DNA of 64,000 nt from an uncultured beta proteobacterium (GCA_963840945.1 CAWJAU010000007.1:21648-85647), one strand, 5' to 3'. Shown: positions 33,186-41,467, numbered from the stretch's first letter. Notes: generated from the letters alone by a model not told the origin. A program made the numbers and translations.

Positions 33186-34321
33186 ACATCGGCATCGTCG
33201 GCGGCGGCCCCGCCGGACTCTTTTTCGCGTACCTGATGAAGCGGCACGATCCCGGCCACCGCATCCGGATCGTCGAGCGGGATCCGGCGGCCGCGACCTA
33301 CGGCTGGGGCGTGGTGTTCACCGACATCGCGCTCGCGTTCGTCCGTGAGGTCGCGCCCGAGCTTTATGCGGCGATGACGCGCAACCAGGAGGTGCACGAC
33401 GCGATGCGCATCGTGCACCGCGGGCAGGCGATCACGCTCGCCAACAACACGTTCCACCGGATGGCGCGGATCGATCTGCTGCGCACGCTGCGCGAGCATT
33501 GCTCGGCGCTCGGCATCGCGATCGAGTTCGGCCGCAAGGTCGACGACATCGGCGAATTCGACGACTGCGATCTCGTCGTCGCCGCCGACGGCGCGGCCAG
33601 CGCGATCCGCACGCGCTATCGCGAGCACTTCGAGCCCGTGCTCGACGTGCGGCCGAACCTCCTTGCATGGTATGGGACGACCGCCCGCTTCGACCCGCTG
33701 TCGCTCATCTTTCGCGAGAACGATGATGGCCTGCTGATCGCGCACGCGTATCGCTACAGCCGCACGCACAGCACGTTCCTCGTCGAATGCGATCCGCAAA
33801 CATGGCGCGCGGCGGGGCTCGACCGGATGCCGGAAGCGCAGAGCCTCGCCTATTGCGAAGGCGTATTCCGCGACGATCTCGACGGCGGATCGTTGCTGTC
33901 GAACCGGTCCGAGTGGTTCCGTTACGCGATCGTCAGCAACCGACGCTGGTATTGGCGTAACCTCGTCCTGCTCGGCGACGCGCTGCGTACCGGCCATCCC
34001 TCGGTCGGCTCGGGCACGCGGCTCGCAATGCAGGATGCGATCGCGCTGTTCGAGGCGTGCGTCGCGTTCGCCGACGTGCCGGCGCGGCTTGCCGAATTCG
34101 AGCGCCGGCGGAGGCCGGGATCCGACGCACTGCAGAACGCCGCGATCAAGAGTACGCAGTGGTACGAGACGGTCCGCGCGCGTCTCTCGCTCGACCCGGT
34201 ATCGTTCGCCTACGACTACCTGCGTCGCACCGGGCGCGTCGACCATGAGGACGTCCGTGCGCGCGATCCCGCGCTCGCCGCCGCGTACGAGGCCCTGCAT
34301 CCCGAAGGAGTCCCGCCGTGA
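33182..34321 (+). CDS. FAD-dependent aromatic-CoA monooxygenase-like protein (salicylyl-CoA / 2-aminobenzoyl-CoA monooxygenase N-domain type)
   Basis: 'MNIGIVGGGPAGLFFAYLMK', 'DLVVAADGAASAIR', 'LLGDALRTGHPSVGSGTRLAMQDA'. It is 379 aa. No fused or adjacent OYE-type reductase domain is present. Confidence 0.8.
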   Translation: MNIGIVGGGPAGLFFAYLMKRHDPGHRIRIVERDPAAATYGWGVVFTDIALAFVREVAPELYAAMTRNQEVHDAMRIVHRGQAITLANNTFHRMARIDLLRTLREHCSALGIAIEFGRKVDDIGEFDDCDLVVAADGAASAIRTRYREHFEPVLDVRPNLLAWYGTTARFDPLSLIFRENDDGLLIAHAYRYSRTHSTFLVECDPQTWRAAGLDRMPEAQSLAYCEGVFRDDLDGGSLLSNRSEWFRYAIVSNRRWYWRNLVLLGDALRTGHPSVGSGTRLAMQDAIALFEACVAFADVPARLAEFERRRRPGSDALQNAAIKSTQWYETVRARLSLDPVSFAYDYLRRTGRVDHEDVRARDPALAAAYEALHPEGVPP

Positions 34322-34468
34322 ACGACCGCACCGATTTCTCCACCCGCATCGCCGGCGGCCACGTGCGCCGCTTGGGAGGTACTCGACTATCTCGTCCGCG
34401 CCAACCGCGCCCGAGAATGTCTACTACATTAGAATATTGACGCAATCGGCACCACAGGGAGGCGCATC

Positions 34469-34732
34469 GTGCCCGCTTTCGTCGTCGTTCAACTCGCATC
34501 GAACCGTGGCGCCAAGCGGGCGCTGACGCGCCGTGATGTCAAGCGGCTCGCGTCGGAGCACGATGGCGTGTTGATCGTGTCCCCCGTGCGGGATGCCGCC
34601 CGCGACGCCCCCTCTTTGTCGGAAACGATCGCAGTTCCCGACATGGCGTGCGCCCACAAGCTCGCCACGGCCTTGTGCGGCATCGACGGAATCGTAACGG
34701 CGTACGCGAAGCCCGGCGAGGAATTGCCCTAG
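34469..34732 (+). CDS. Small protein homologous to the N-terminal pro-region of the adjacent S8 protease
   Basis: AGGGAGG, 6 nt, then GTG. The 87 aa align end-to-end with protease residues ~22-133 ('PAFVVVQLAS'/'PELVVVMRAQ'; 'IAVPDMACAHKLATALCGIDGIVTAYAKPGEELP'/'VEVPDERVAELRAQLAKSELVEAAFVKPAVELP'). Confidence 0.6.
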   Translation: MPAFVVVQLASNRGAKRALTRRDVKRLASEHDGVLIVSPVRDAARDAPSLSETIAVPDMACAHKLATALCGIDGIVTAYAKPGEELP

Positions 34733-34793
34733 CAGAGGGCATCGTTGACTCCCGCGGTTATCCGCAGGGGCGTCTTGAAGAAAGGAGGTCAGC

Positions 34794-36704
34794 ATGGTAC
34801 GCAAACGCGCGAGCAAGCAGAGTAAGCGAAGCAAACCGGTAGCCGACGCGCCGACGGCGCCACCCGAGCTCGTAGTCGTCATGCGGGCGCAGGCCGCGTT
34901 AAGGGCGTCGGCCGGGCGCTTCAAGTCCGCCGCCGGTGAAAACGTGTCGGATGTCGCGAAGGTACTCGCGCGCCATGGTGCGACCCTGACGCCGATCTTC
35001 GGACCCACGGAAGAGCGCGTCATGGCGCGCCAAGCGGCGCAGAGCATGGCGGCGCAGGCACCGATGGAGGACCTCTCCGTCTTCTACAAGGTCGAGGTTC
35101 CGGACGAACGCGTCGCCGAGTTGCGAGCGCAGCTAGCCAAGAGCGAGCTTGTCGAAGCGGCTTTCGTGAAGCCAGCCGTCGAGTTGCCCAGGATCAACGA
35201 TATGGCCGCGGCGCCGGAAGAGCCCCCTCCGGCAACGCCGGATTTGACCGCCCGGCAGATCTTTCTCAATGCGGCGCCGAGCGGCATCGATGCACGCTGG
35301 GCGTGGACGCAGGCCGGCGGGCGGGGCCGCGACATCCGCATCATCGACATCGAGGGCGCGTGGCGCTTCACGCACGAAGATCTCACGCAAAACCAGGGAG
35401 GCGTCGTTGCCGGAACCACGCTCGCGGGAGTCGACTGGCGCAACCATGGCACCGCCGTCCTCGGCGAGTACAGCGGCGATGTGAACACGGTTGGTGTCGT
35501 CGGCATCTCCGCCGAAGCGATCGCCAGCGCCTGTTCGCACGGCACCATCGGTTCCGCCGCGGCCATCAACCAGGCGGCGTCCCGACTGAGAGCCGGAGAC
35601 ATCATGCTCCTCGAGATGCACCGGCCCGGCCCGCGCTTCAATTTCGCGAGTCGCGCCGATCAGCGCGGCTACATCGCGGTGGAATGGTGGCCCGATGATT
35701 TCGCGGCGATTCTCAACGCCACCAGCCGCGGCATCATCGTCGTGGAAGCCGCGGGCAACGGGGCGGAAAATCTCGACGACGCTCTGTATCAGACCCCCGG
35801 CACAGGCTTCCCCGCCGGCTGGCGCAACTCGTTCCGGCGGACGAATCGAGATTCGGGCGCGCTTGTCGTCGGGGCCGGCGCGCCGCCTCCCGGCACGCAC
35901 GGCCGCGATCACGGACCTGATCGATCACGCCTGGATTTCTCGAACTGGGGCGCGCTCATCGACGCGCAGGGTTGGGGCCGCGAGGTCACGACGTGCGGCT
36001 ACGGCGATCTGCAAGGCGGCACGAACGAAGATCTCTGGTACACCGACACCTTCAGCGGCACCTCGAGCGCATCGCCCATTGTGACTGGCGCCATCGCCTG
36101 CATTCAGGGCATGGCCAAGGCCAGGGGGCGCCCTGTCCTTACTCCGGCGCAAGTGCGCAACTGCCTTCGCTCGACGGGTTCCCCGCAGCAGGATGCGCCA
36201 GGCCGCCCGGCGACCCAGCGCATCGGCAACCGTCCCGATATCCGCGCGTTTGCAACGTGCGCCTTCGGCAAGGGCAAGGAGCTCGCCAAGGAAGTGGCCA
36301 AGGAGTTCAAGGAGGGCAAGGAGGGCAAGGAATTCGTCAAGGAAAAAGAGGGCAAGGAGCTCGTCAAGGACAAGGACACGAAGGAGCTCAAGGACAAGGA
36401 GTTCAAGGAAGGGAAAGACACGAAGGAGTTCAAGGAAGGCAAGGAAATAAAGGAGAAGGACAAGGATCTGGTGGAGGGCAAGCTCTCCGACGGAGTCATC
36501 GGCATCAGGCCAACCGACGCCGGCGCTGGCGACGGTGGCACGCAGCAGCGGCTCGCCGCACTCGAGCAGACGGTGCAGCAGCTCGTGCACTTCATCGGTA
36601 CGGAGCTGCGGCCCGATCTCAGCCGGTCAGCGCTTCAGGGCAGCAGCCAAGCCGCCAAAGACGAGAAGGATCTGAAGGACGCCGAGAAGCTGTCGGAGGG
36701 CTGA
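34794..36704 (+). CDS. S8 (subtilisin-like) serine peptidase with N-terminal pro-region and C-terminal Lys/Glu-rich repeat tail
   Basis: AAGGAGG RBS. Catalytic motifs are 'IRIIDIEGAW' (Asp), 'WRNHGTAVLGE' (His), 'VEAAGNGAENLD' (oxyanion Asn) and 'FSGTSSASPIVTG' (Ser). The tail reads 'GKGKELAKEVAKEFKEGKEGKEFVKEKEGKELVKDKDTKELKDKEFKEGKDTKEFKEGKEIKEKDKDLVEGK'. Confidence 0.9.
   Translation: MVRKRASKQSKRSKPVADAPTAPPELVVVMRAQAALRASAGRFKSAAGENVSDVAKVLARHGATLTPIFGPTEERVMARQAAQSMAAQAPMEDLSVFYKVEVPDERVAELRAQLAKSELVEAAFVKPAVELPRINDMAAAPEEPPPATPDLTARQIFLNAAPSGIDARWAWTQAGGRGRDIRIIDIEGAWRFTHEDLTQNQGGVVAGTTLAGVDWRNHGTAVLGEYSGDVNTVGVVGISAEAIASACSHGTIGSAAAINQAASRLRAGDIMLLEMHRPGPRFNFASRADQRGYIAVEWWPDDFAAILNATSRGIIVVEAAGNGAENLDDALYQTPGTGFPAGWRNSFRRTNRDSGALVVGAGAPPPGTHGRDHGPDRSRLDFSNWGALIDAQGWGREVTTCGYGDLQGGTNEDLWYTDTFSGTSSASPIVTGAIACIQGMAKARGRPVLTPAQVRNCLRSTGSPQQDAPGRPATQRIGNRPDIRAFATCAFGKGKELAKEVAKEFKEGKEGKEFVKEKEGKELVKDKDTKELKDKEFKEGKDTKEFKEGKEIKEKDKDLVEGKLSDGVIGIRPTDAGAGDGGTQQRLAALEQTVQQLVHFIGTELRPDLSRSALQGSSQAAKDEKDLKDAEKLSEG
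36267..36482 (+). repeat. Imperfect in-frame tandem repeats (AAGGAG-rich) encoding the KE[FL]K[ED]GK tail of the S8 protease
   Basis: Reiterated 'aaggag(t/c)tcaagga(a/g)ggcaag' units. More than ten AAGGAG/AAGGAA hexamers occur in about 215 nt. Confidence 0.8.
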
Positions 36705-36758
36705 AATAGCGAAGGATATCGCGCCTGTCGAGCGGGACCTTCGCTCCAAACCAAAGCG

Positions 36759-37487
36759 ATGATTGTCATCCTGTGCCATCCCGGCGATGCAGCAGCGGTT
36801 TGGCTGGGCGACGCGATGCAGTATCTCCGTGTCGGCGATCTCGAGGTGGTCGCCGTCGAGCAGCTCGTGTTCAGCCGGCAGATCGTCTATCGCCTGAGTG
36901 ACGCCGGCGACTCGGGCAGCATCGAGCTTGCCGATGGACGGATATTGCGTCCGGACGCGATCACCGGCCTCGTCAACCGAGTCCGCTACGTACCGACTCA
37001 GCACTTCGCGCGGGCGCAATCGACGGACCGCGCCTACGCTGAAGCCGAGCTGAGTGCGTTCCTGCTCGCATGGATCAATGGCGTCGCCGGCCGAGTCATC
37101 AATCCACCGCTGCCCTTCGCCCTCGGCGGCGGGACGTTCCCGATGCCGACCGTCGTGCATCTGGCCGCGATGGCCGGCTTGCCGACCCAGCCTTGGCGCG
37201 CCAGTGCGGCCGGTGACGACGACTCGAGACTTCCGATGTCACCGACGCACGCGGTGCTGACTTTCGACGGTCGGCTGTTCGGGCCTCTCCTGCCGCGACA
37301 TTTGCAGGAGGGCTGCCGCCGGCTCGCGCTCCTGCTGGGCGCGCCCCTTCTGCAAGTTGAGCTGCACCAATCGTCCGAGCGCGGTTGGCAGTTCGTCAAC
37401 GCGTCTGGCGCAGTGGATTTCCGCATCGGGGGCAACCTGCTGGCGAGAGACCTCGCTCGAGCGTTGGCCAGGAGCGTAGCCGCATGA
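36759..37487 (+). CDS. Degenerate ATP-grasp-like protein (lacks central nucleotide-binding segment), paralog of the downstream gene
   Basis: 242 aa. 'MIVILCHPGD..', 'LADGRILRPDAITGLVNRVRY' and 'GRVINPP' parallel 'MILLAGIADE..', 'LDGEAVPLSAITAMYLRL' and 'GRVLNRP' of the next gene. C-terminal 'LALLLGAPLLQVELHQSSERGWQFVNAS' parallels 'LAGRLKLPLAGIDLRRTPDGRYVCFEVNPS'. There is no equivalent of 'VIYKSVSG..FQRHV'. Confidence 0.6.
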   Translation: MIVILCHPGDAAAVWLGDAMQYLRVGDLEVVAVEQLVFSRQIVYRLSDAGDSGSIELADGRILRPDAITGLVNRVRYVPTQHFARAQSTDRAYAEAELSAFLLAWINGVAGRVINPPLPFALGGGTFPMPTVVHLAAMAGLPTQPWRASAAGDDDSRLPMSPTHAVLTFDGRLFGPLLPRHLQEGCRRLALLLGAPLLQVELHQSSERGWQFVNASGAVDFRIGGNLLARDLARALARSVAA

Positions 37488-38437
37488 TTCTCCTGGCCGG
37501 GATCGCGGACGAAAGCCCGCTCGCCCTCGTCACCGCGGCGCTCGAAGCAAGCGGCGCGGACCATCGCGTGCTGGATCAGCGACGCGTGGCCGCTGCGAAT
37601 CTCACGCTCGAGATCGCCGACGCGGCCGCCGGCGGCGCGATTGGCGGGACGCTCACTCTCGACGGCGAGGCTGTCCCGCTAAGTGCGATCACCGCGATGT
37701 ATCTGCGGCTGATGAATGACGAGTTCCTGCCCGGCATGGCCGGGCTGCCGCCGCACTGCACCGAGCGCACCCGCTGCAGCCGCTTCCACGAGCTCCTGTT
37801 GCGATTTGCCGATATCGCTCCGGGACGTGTGCTCAATCGGCCCGTCGACTCCGGGTCAAATCACTCGAAGCCCTTTCAGGCGCAGGCGATCCGTGCCGCG
37901 GGCTTCGACATCCCGGAGACCCTGATCACCAACGATTCGCAGTCGGCGCGCGAGTTCATCGAGCGCGCCTGGTCGGAAGGCGGCGGCGTGATCTACAAAT
38001 CGGTGAGCGGCGTTCGCTCCATCGTGCGGCGCGTCGAACAGCAGGATTTGCAACGACTTAATCGGATCCGCTGGTGCCCAACCCAGTTCCAGCGTCACGT
38101 CGCAGGTACGGACATCCGTGTGCATGTCGTGGGGGATATCGCGCTGGCGGCGGCGATCGTCAGCGACGCCACTGACTACCGCTACGCGGCGCGGGACACC
38201 GGCGTTGAACCGGAGATTGTCGCGTGTGCGCTCGACGCGGACGTCCGCGCGCTGTGCATCGGACTCGCGGGGCGCCTCAAGCTTCCGCTTGCCGGCATCG
38301 ACTTGAGGCGCACGCCTGATGGCCGCTATGTGTGTTTCGAGGTGAACCCCAGCCCTGCGTTCAGCTTCTACGAGCGGCGCGCCGGGCTGCCCATCGCCAA
38401 TTGTATTGCCCGCTATTTGGCCGGCGAGGTGCACTGA
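37484..38437 (+). CDS. ATP-grasp ligase of the MvdD/MdnC (graspetide maturase) type
   Basis: ATGA overlap with the previous gene. 'HSKPFQAQAIRAAGFDIPETLITND', 'VIYKSVSGVRS', 'CPTQFQRHVAGTDIRVHVVGD', 'DYRYA', 'AGIDLRRTPDGRYVCFEVNPSPAFSFYE..GLPIANCIARYL'. The motif order matches MdnC as I recall it. Confidence 0.78.
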   Translation: MILLAGIADESPLALVTAALEASGADHRVLDQRRVAAANLTLEIADAAAGGAIGGTLTLDGEAVPLSAITAMYLRLMNDEFLPGMAGLPPHCTERTRCSRFHELLLRFADIAPGRVLNRPVDSGSNHSKPFQAQAIRAAGFDIPETLITNDSQSAREFIERAWSEGGGVIYKSVSGVRSIVRRVEQQDLQRLNRIRWCPTQFQRHVAGTDIRVHVVGDIALAAAIVSDATDYRYAARDTGVEPEIVACALDADVRALCIGLAGRLKLPLAGIDLRRTPDGRYVCFEVNPSPAFSFYERRAGLPIANCIARYLAGEVH

Positions 38438-38603
38438 GCGCGCGTCGTTCGGAAAAACCTGACACCGAACTCGCGAAAGGCAGTTTCGACAAAATGGCGA
38501 GAGGCTTCGTGTTTGCTTGCGAGTATCTTTGGTGCGAGAATTCTCAATTCGCTCGGCGCGTTCGCGTCGGTACGCCATGACAATATCCGGAGGTCCTGAT
38601 CCC

Positions 38604-39745
38604 ATGCGCTCCTTAGCCTGCATTGTCACGTTTCTGCTGGGCCTCGCGGCGCCGCCGCTGCTGGCGCAGCCCCAGCCCATCAAGATTGCCGGCTTGGTCG
38701 AGCTGTCCGGTCCGGGGCGACGTCGGGCACCAACTTCAACGACGGCGTCAAGCTCGCGGCGAAGGAGATCAATGCCGCGGGCGGCATTCTGGGCCGCCGC
38801 GTCGAATTCAGCTCGTCGGATACGCAGTCGCAGCCGCAGGTGGCGAAGGCGCTGGCGGTGAAGGCCATCGACGACGGCGTGTACGTGGTGATGGGACCGG
38901 TGTTTTCGGGCTCGATCCTGGTCAGCATGGCGGAGACGCGCCGGGCGGAGATTCCGAACTTCACCGGCGGCGAAGCCACTGCCATCACCCAGCAGGGCAA
39001 TCCTTACATCTTTCGCACGTCGTTCACGCAGGCCAACGCCATGCCCAAGGTGGCGCGCTATTTCAAGGACAACCTGAAGGCGAAGACGGTGGCCGTGATC
39101 TGGGTGAACAATGACTTTGGCAAGGGCGGGCGCGACGCCTTCGTGAAGGCGATCGAGGCGCAGGGCATCAAGGTCGTGGCGGACATCTCGACCGATCAGG
39201 GCCAGCTCGACTTCTCGGGTGCGGTGCTCAAGGCGAAGCAGGCGAACGCCGACGCGCTATTCGTCTACAGCAACGAAGAGGAGTCGGCGCGGGCGTTGCG
39301 CGAGTTGCGCAAGCAGGGCTACGACAAGCCGATCGTGGGCGAGACGGTGCTCACCAGCCAGAAGGTGATCGAGCTGGCGGGCGAGGCGGCCAATGGCGCC
39401 GTCGCGCACGTCGGCCTCACTGCGGATGCACCCAATCCCGCCATCACGGCCTTCGCGGCGAAATTCCAGAAGGAATACAACTACAAGCCGGACCACAACG
39501 GCCTGAAGGGCTACACGGCGATGTACGTGGTCAAGGCGGTCACCGAGAAGATCGGCAAGGTCGATCCCAAGGCCTTCGCCAACGCCATGCACGGCATCAA
39601 GCTGTCGGCCAAGGAGTATCCCGGGATCCTGATGGACGTGAGCTTCGACAAGAACGGGGACCTCGATCGCGAGAGCTTCATGACCCGTGCGGCGAACGGC
39701 AAACAAGAGGTGATCGCCGTGTTGCCGGCCGTGTCGGCCCCGTAA
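38604..39745 (+). pseudogene. LivK-like ABC periplasmic binding protein, orphan, one frame disruption near 38715
   Basis: 'MRSLACIVTFLLGLAAPPLLAQPQPIKIAGLVELSGPG' (38517 frame), then 'TSGTNFNDGVKLAAKEINAAGGILGRRVEF..VVMGPVFSGSI' (38840 frame). The shift is at a GGGG run. An alternative start is at 38577. Confidence 0.8.
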
Positions 39746-39761
39746 CCTCCGACCGCCGCTC

Positions 39762-40604
39762 TTGGATCAGCCTCACGCCTTCGGCATCGCCGGCCTGCTG
39801 GGATGGCCGGTGGCGCATTCGCGCTCGCCGGTCATCCATAACCATTGGCTCGCGCAACACGGCATTCCCGGGCGTTATATGCTGTTTCCTGTGCCGCCGG
39901 AAAAGCTGGAAGCGGCAGTAAGCGGCATCGCGGCGCTGGGCCTGCGCGGCTGTAACGTCACCACGCCGCACAAGCAGGCGATCTTCCCGCTGCTGGATCG
40001 GGTCGACGACCTCGCGCGAAGGATCGGGGCAGTCAACACCGTCGTCGTCGAGAACGATGGGACGCTCACCGGCTTCAACAACGATGGCAACGGTTTCATC
40101 CAGAGCCTGCGCGACGCCGACCCCGGATGGGGTCCCGGCAGCGGCCCCGTATTGGTGCTGGGTGCGGGTGGGGCGGCGCGTGCTGTGGTAGCGAGCCTCG
40201 CAGCCCAGGGTGCAAAGGAAATCCGCCTCGCCAACCGCACGCTCGACAAGACACGGGAAATCGCCGATGCCGTGGGTCCGGAGGTGAAGGTGGTGCCATG
40301 GGATGAGCGCGCGGACGCGCTCGATGGTGTCGCGCTGCTCGCCAACGCTACCAGCCTCGGCACGGCCGGCAAGCCGGCGCTCGATATGCCACTGGATCGC
40401 CTGCCCGACAGCGCGCTCGTCGGCGACCTCATCTACATCCCGCCCGAAACGCCGCTGCTGGCCGCCGCACGCATGCGTGGGAACACCACCGTCAACGGCC
40501 TCGGTTTGCTGCTCAATCAGGCGCGCCCTGCTTTCAAAGCTTGGTTCGGCGTGATGCCGGAGATCACGCCTGCTCTGAGACAGGCCATCGCCGCCACGTT
40601 CTAG
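39762..40604 (+). CDS. aroE: Shikimate dehydrogenase
   Basis: 'HSRSPVIHNHW', 'GCNVTTPHKQ', 'GAVNTVV', 'GFNNDGNGF', 'LVLGAGGAARA'. The start codon is TTG at 39762. Confidence 0.88.
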   Translation: MDQPHAFGIAGLLGWPVAHSRSPVIHNHWLAQHGIPGRYMLFPVPPEKLEAAVSGIAALGLRGCNVTTPHKQAIFPLLDRVDDLARRIGAVNTVVVENDGTLTGFNNDGNGFIQSLRDADPGWGPGSGPVLVLGAGGAARAVVASLAAQGAKEIRLANRTLDKTREIADAVGPEVKVVPWDERADALDGVALLANATSLGTAGKPALDMPLDRLPDSALVGDLIYIPPETPLLAAARMRGNTTVNGLGLLLNQARPAFKAWFGVMPEITPALRQAIAATF

Positions 40605-40629
40605 CGTCAGGCTGCCAGGCGCTCGCACG

Positions 40630-41467
40630 ATGGATATCCGGATCTTCGAAGAGCCGAAGGTCGACTGCCATGTGCACGTGCTCGATCCGGAGCGCTTCCC
40701 CTACAGCGCGAATACGCATTACCGTCCGACGGGTCAGGAGATGGGAACGCCGGCGCAGCTTGCGCAGGTGATGGACGCCTACGGCACGAGCTACGCGCTG
40801 CTGGTCGGGCCGAACTCCGGCTATGGCCTCGACAATTCCTGCATGCTCGACACACTCGCGCGAGGCAACGGCCGCTACAAGGGTGTCGCGGTGGTCGGGA
40901 ACGACATAGCCATCGAAGACTTGCAAAGGCTCAAGGGGATGGGCGTCCTCGGCGTGGCGTGGAACGTCACGCACTACGGCGTCGACCACTACCGCGATGC
41001 TCGGCCGCTCCTGGAGAAGCTCGTGGCGCTCGACATGTTCGTCAACATCCAGGTCGAGGGGGACCAGCTCGTGCCGATGATGCCGCTTCTCGCCAACTCC
41101 GGCGTGCGCGTGCTGGTCGATCATTGTGGGCGCCCGACGATCGATGCCGGCCTCGACCAGCCCGGCTTTCGTGCGCTGCTCGAATTGGGCTCGACGAGGC
41201 GCGCCTTCGTCAAGCTCTCCGGGCTCGTCAAGTTCTCGCGCGAGCCGTCGCCGCATCAGGACGCGTGGCCGTTCGTGCACGCGCTGGTCGAGGCATTCAC
41301 TCTCGAGCATTGCCTGTGGGCGTCGGATTGGCCGTACCTTCGGGCGCCGGCGCGCGTCGATTACGGCGTAACGCTTAACTTCGTGCAAACGGTATTTCCC
41401 GATCCGTCCGAGCGGCGCAAAGCTTCTGTGGGACACGGCGCGTGAACTGCTGGGTTTCGGGCCGTGA
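40630..41467 (+). pseudogene. Amidohydrolase-2 family hydrolase (LigI/2-pyrone-4,6-dicarboxylate-lactonase-like), C-terminal frame disruption near 41420
   Basis: 'VDCHVHVLDP', 'VLVDHCGRP', 'KLSGL', 'LWASDWPY'. The expected tail 'KLLWDTARELLGFGP*' is in the +1 frame after an AAA run. Confidence 0.8.

Noticed and set aside
36267-36482. Repeat arrays (36267-36482 and 57259-57423) considered as CRISPR-like.
   Set aside because: The units are contiguous with no spacers. They are in frame inside coding genes and encode low-complexity peptide repeats. No cas genes are present.
35925-36590. ORFs 35925..36590(-) and 36104..36595(-), with striking Leu/Phe/Ser-rich repeats.
   Set aside because: They are the reverse-complement reading of the Lys/Glu repeat of the S8 protease (CTCCTT/CTTGAA). 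They are a mirror-image artefact of the sense-strand repeat.
36708-36745. Hairpin AGCGAAGG..CCTTCGCT between the S8 gene and the first ATP-grasp-like gene, considered as an attenuator or terminator.
   Set aside because: The stem is only 8 bp with a 22-nt loop and no U-tract, so it may be fortuitous. I mention it only as context for the cassette.
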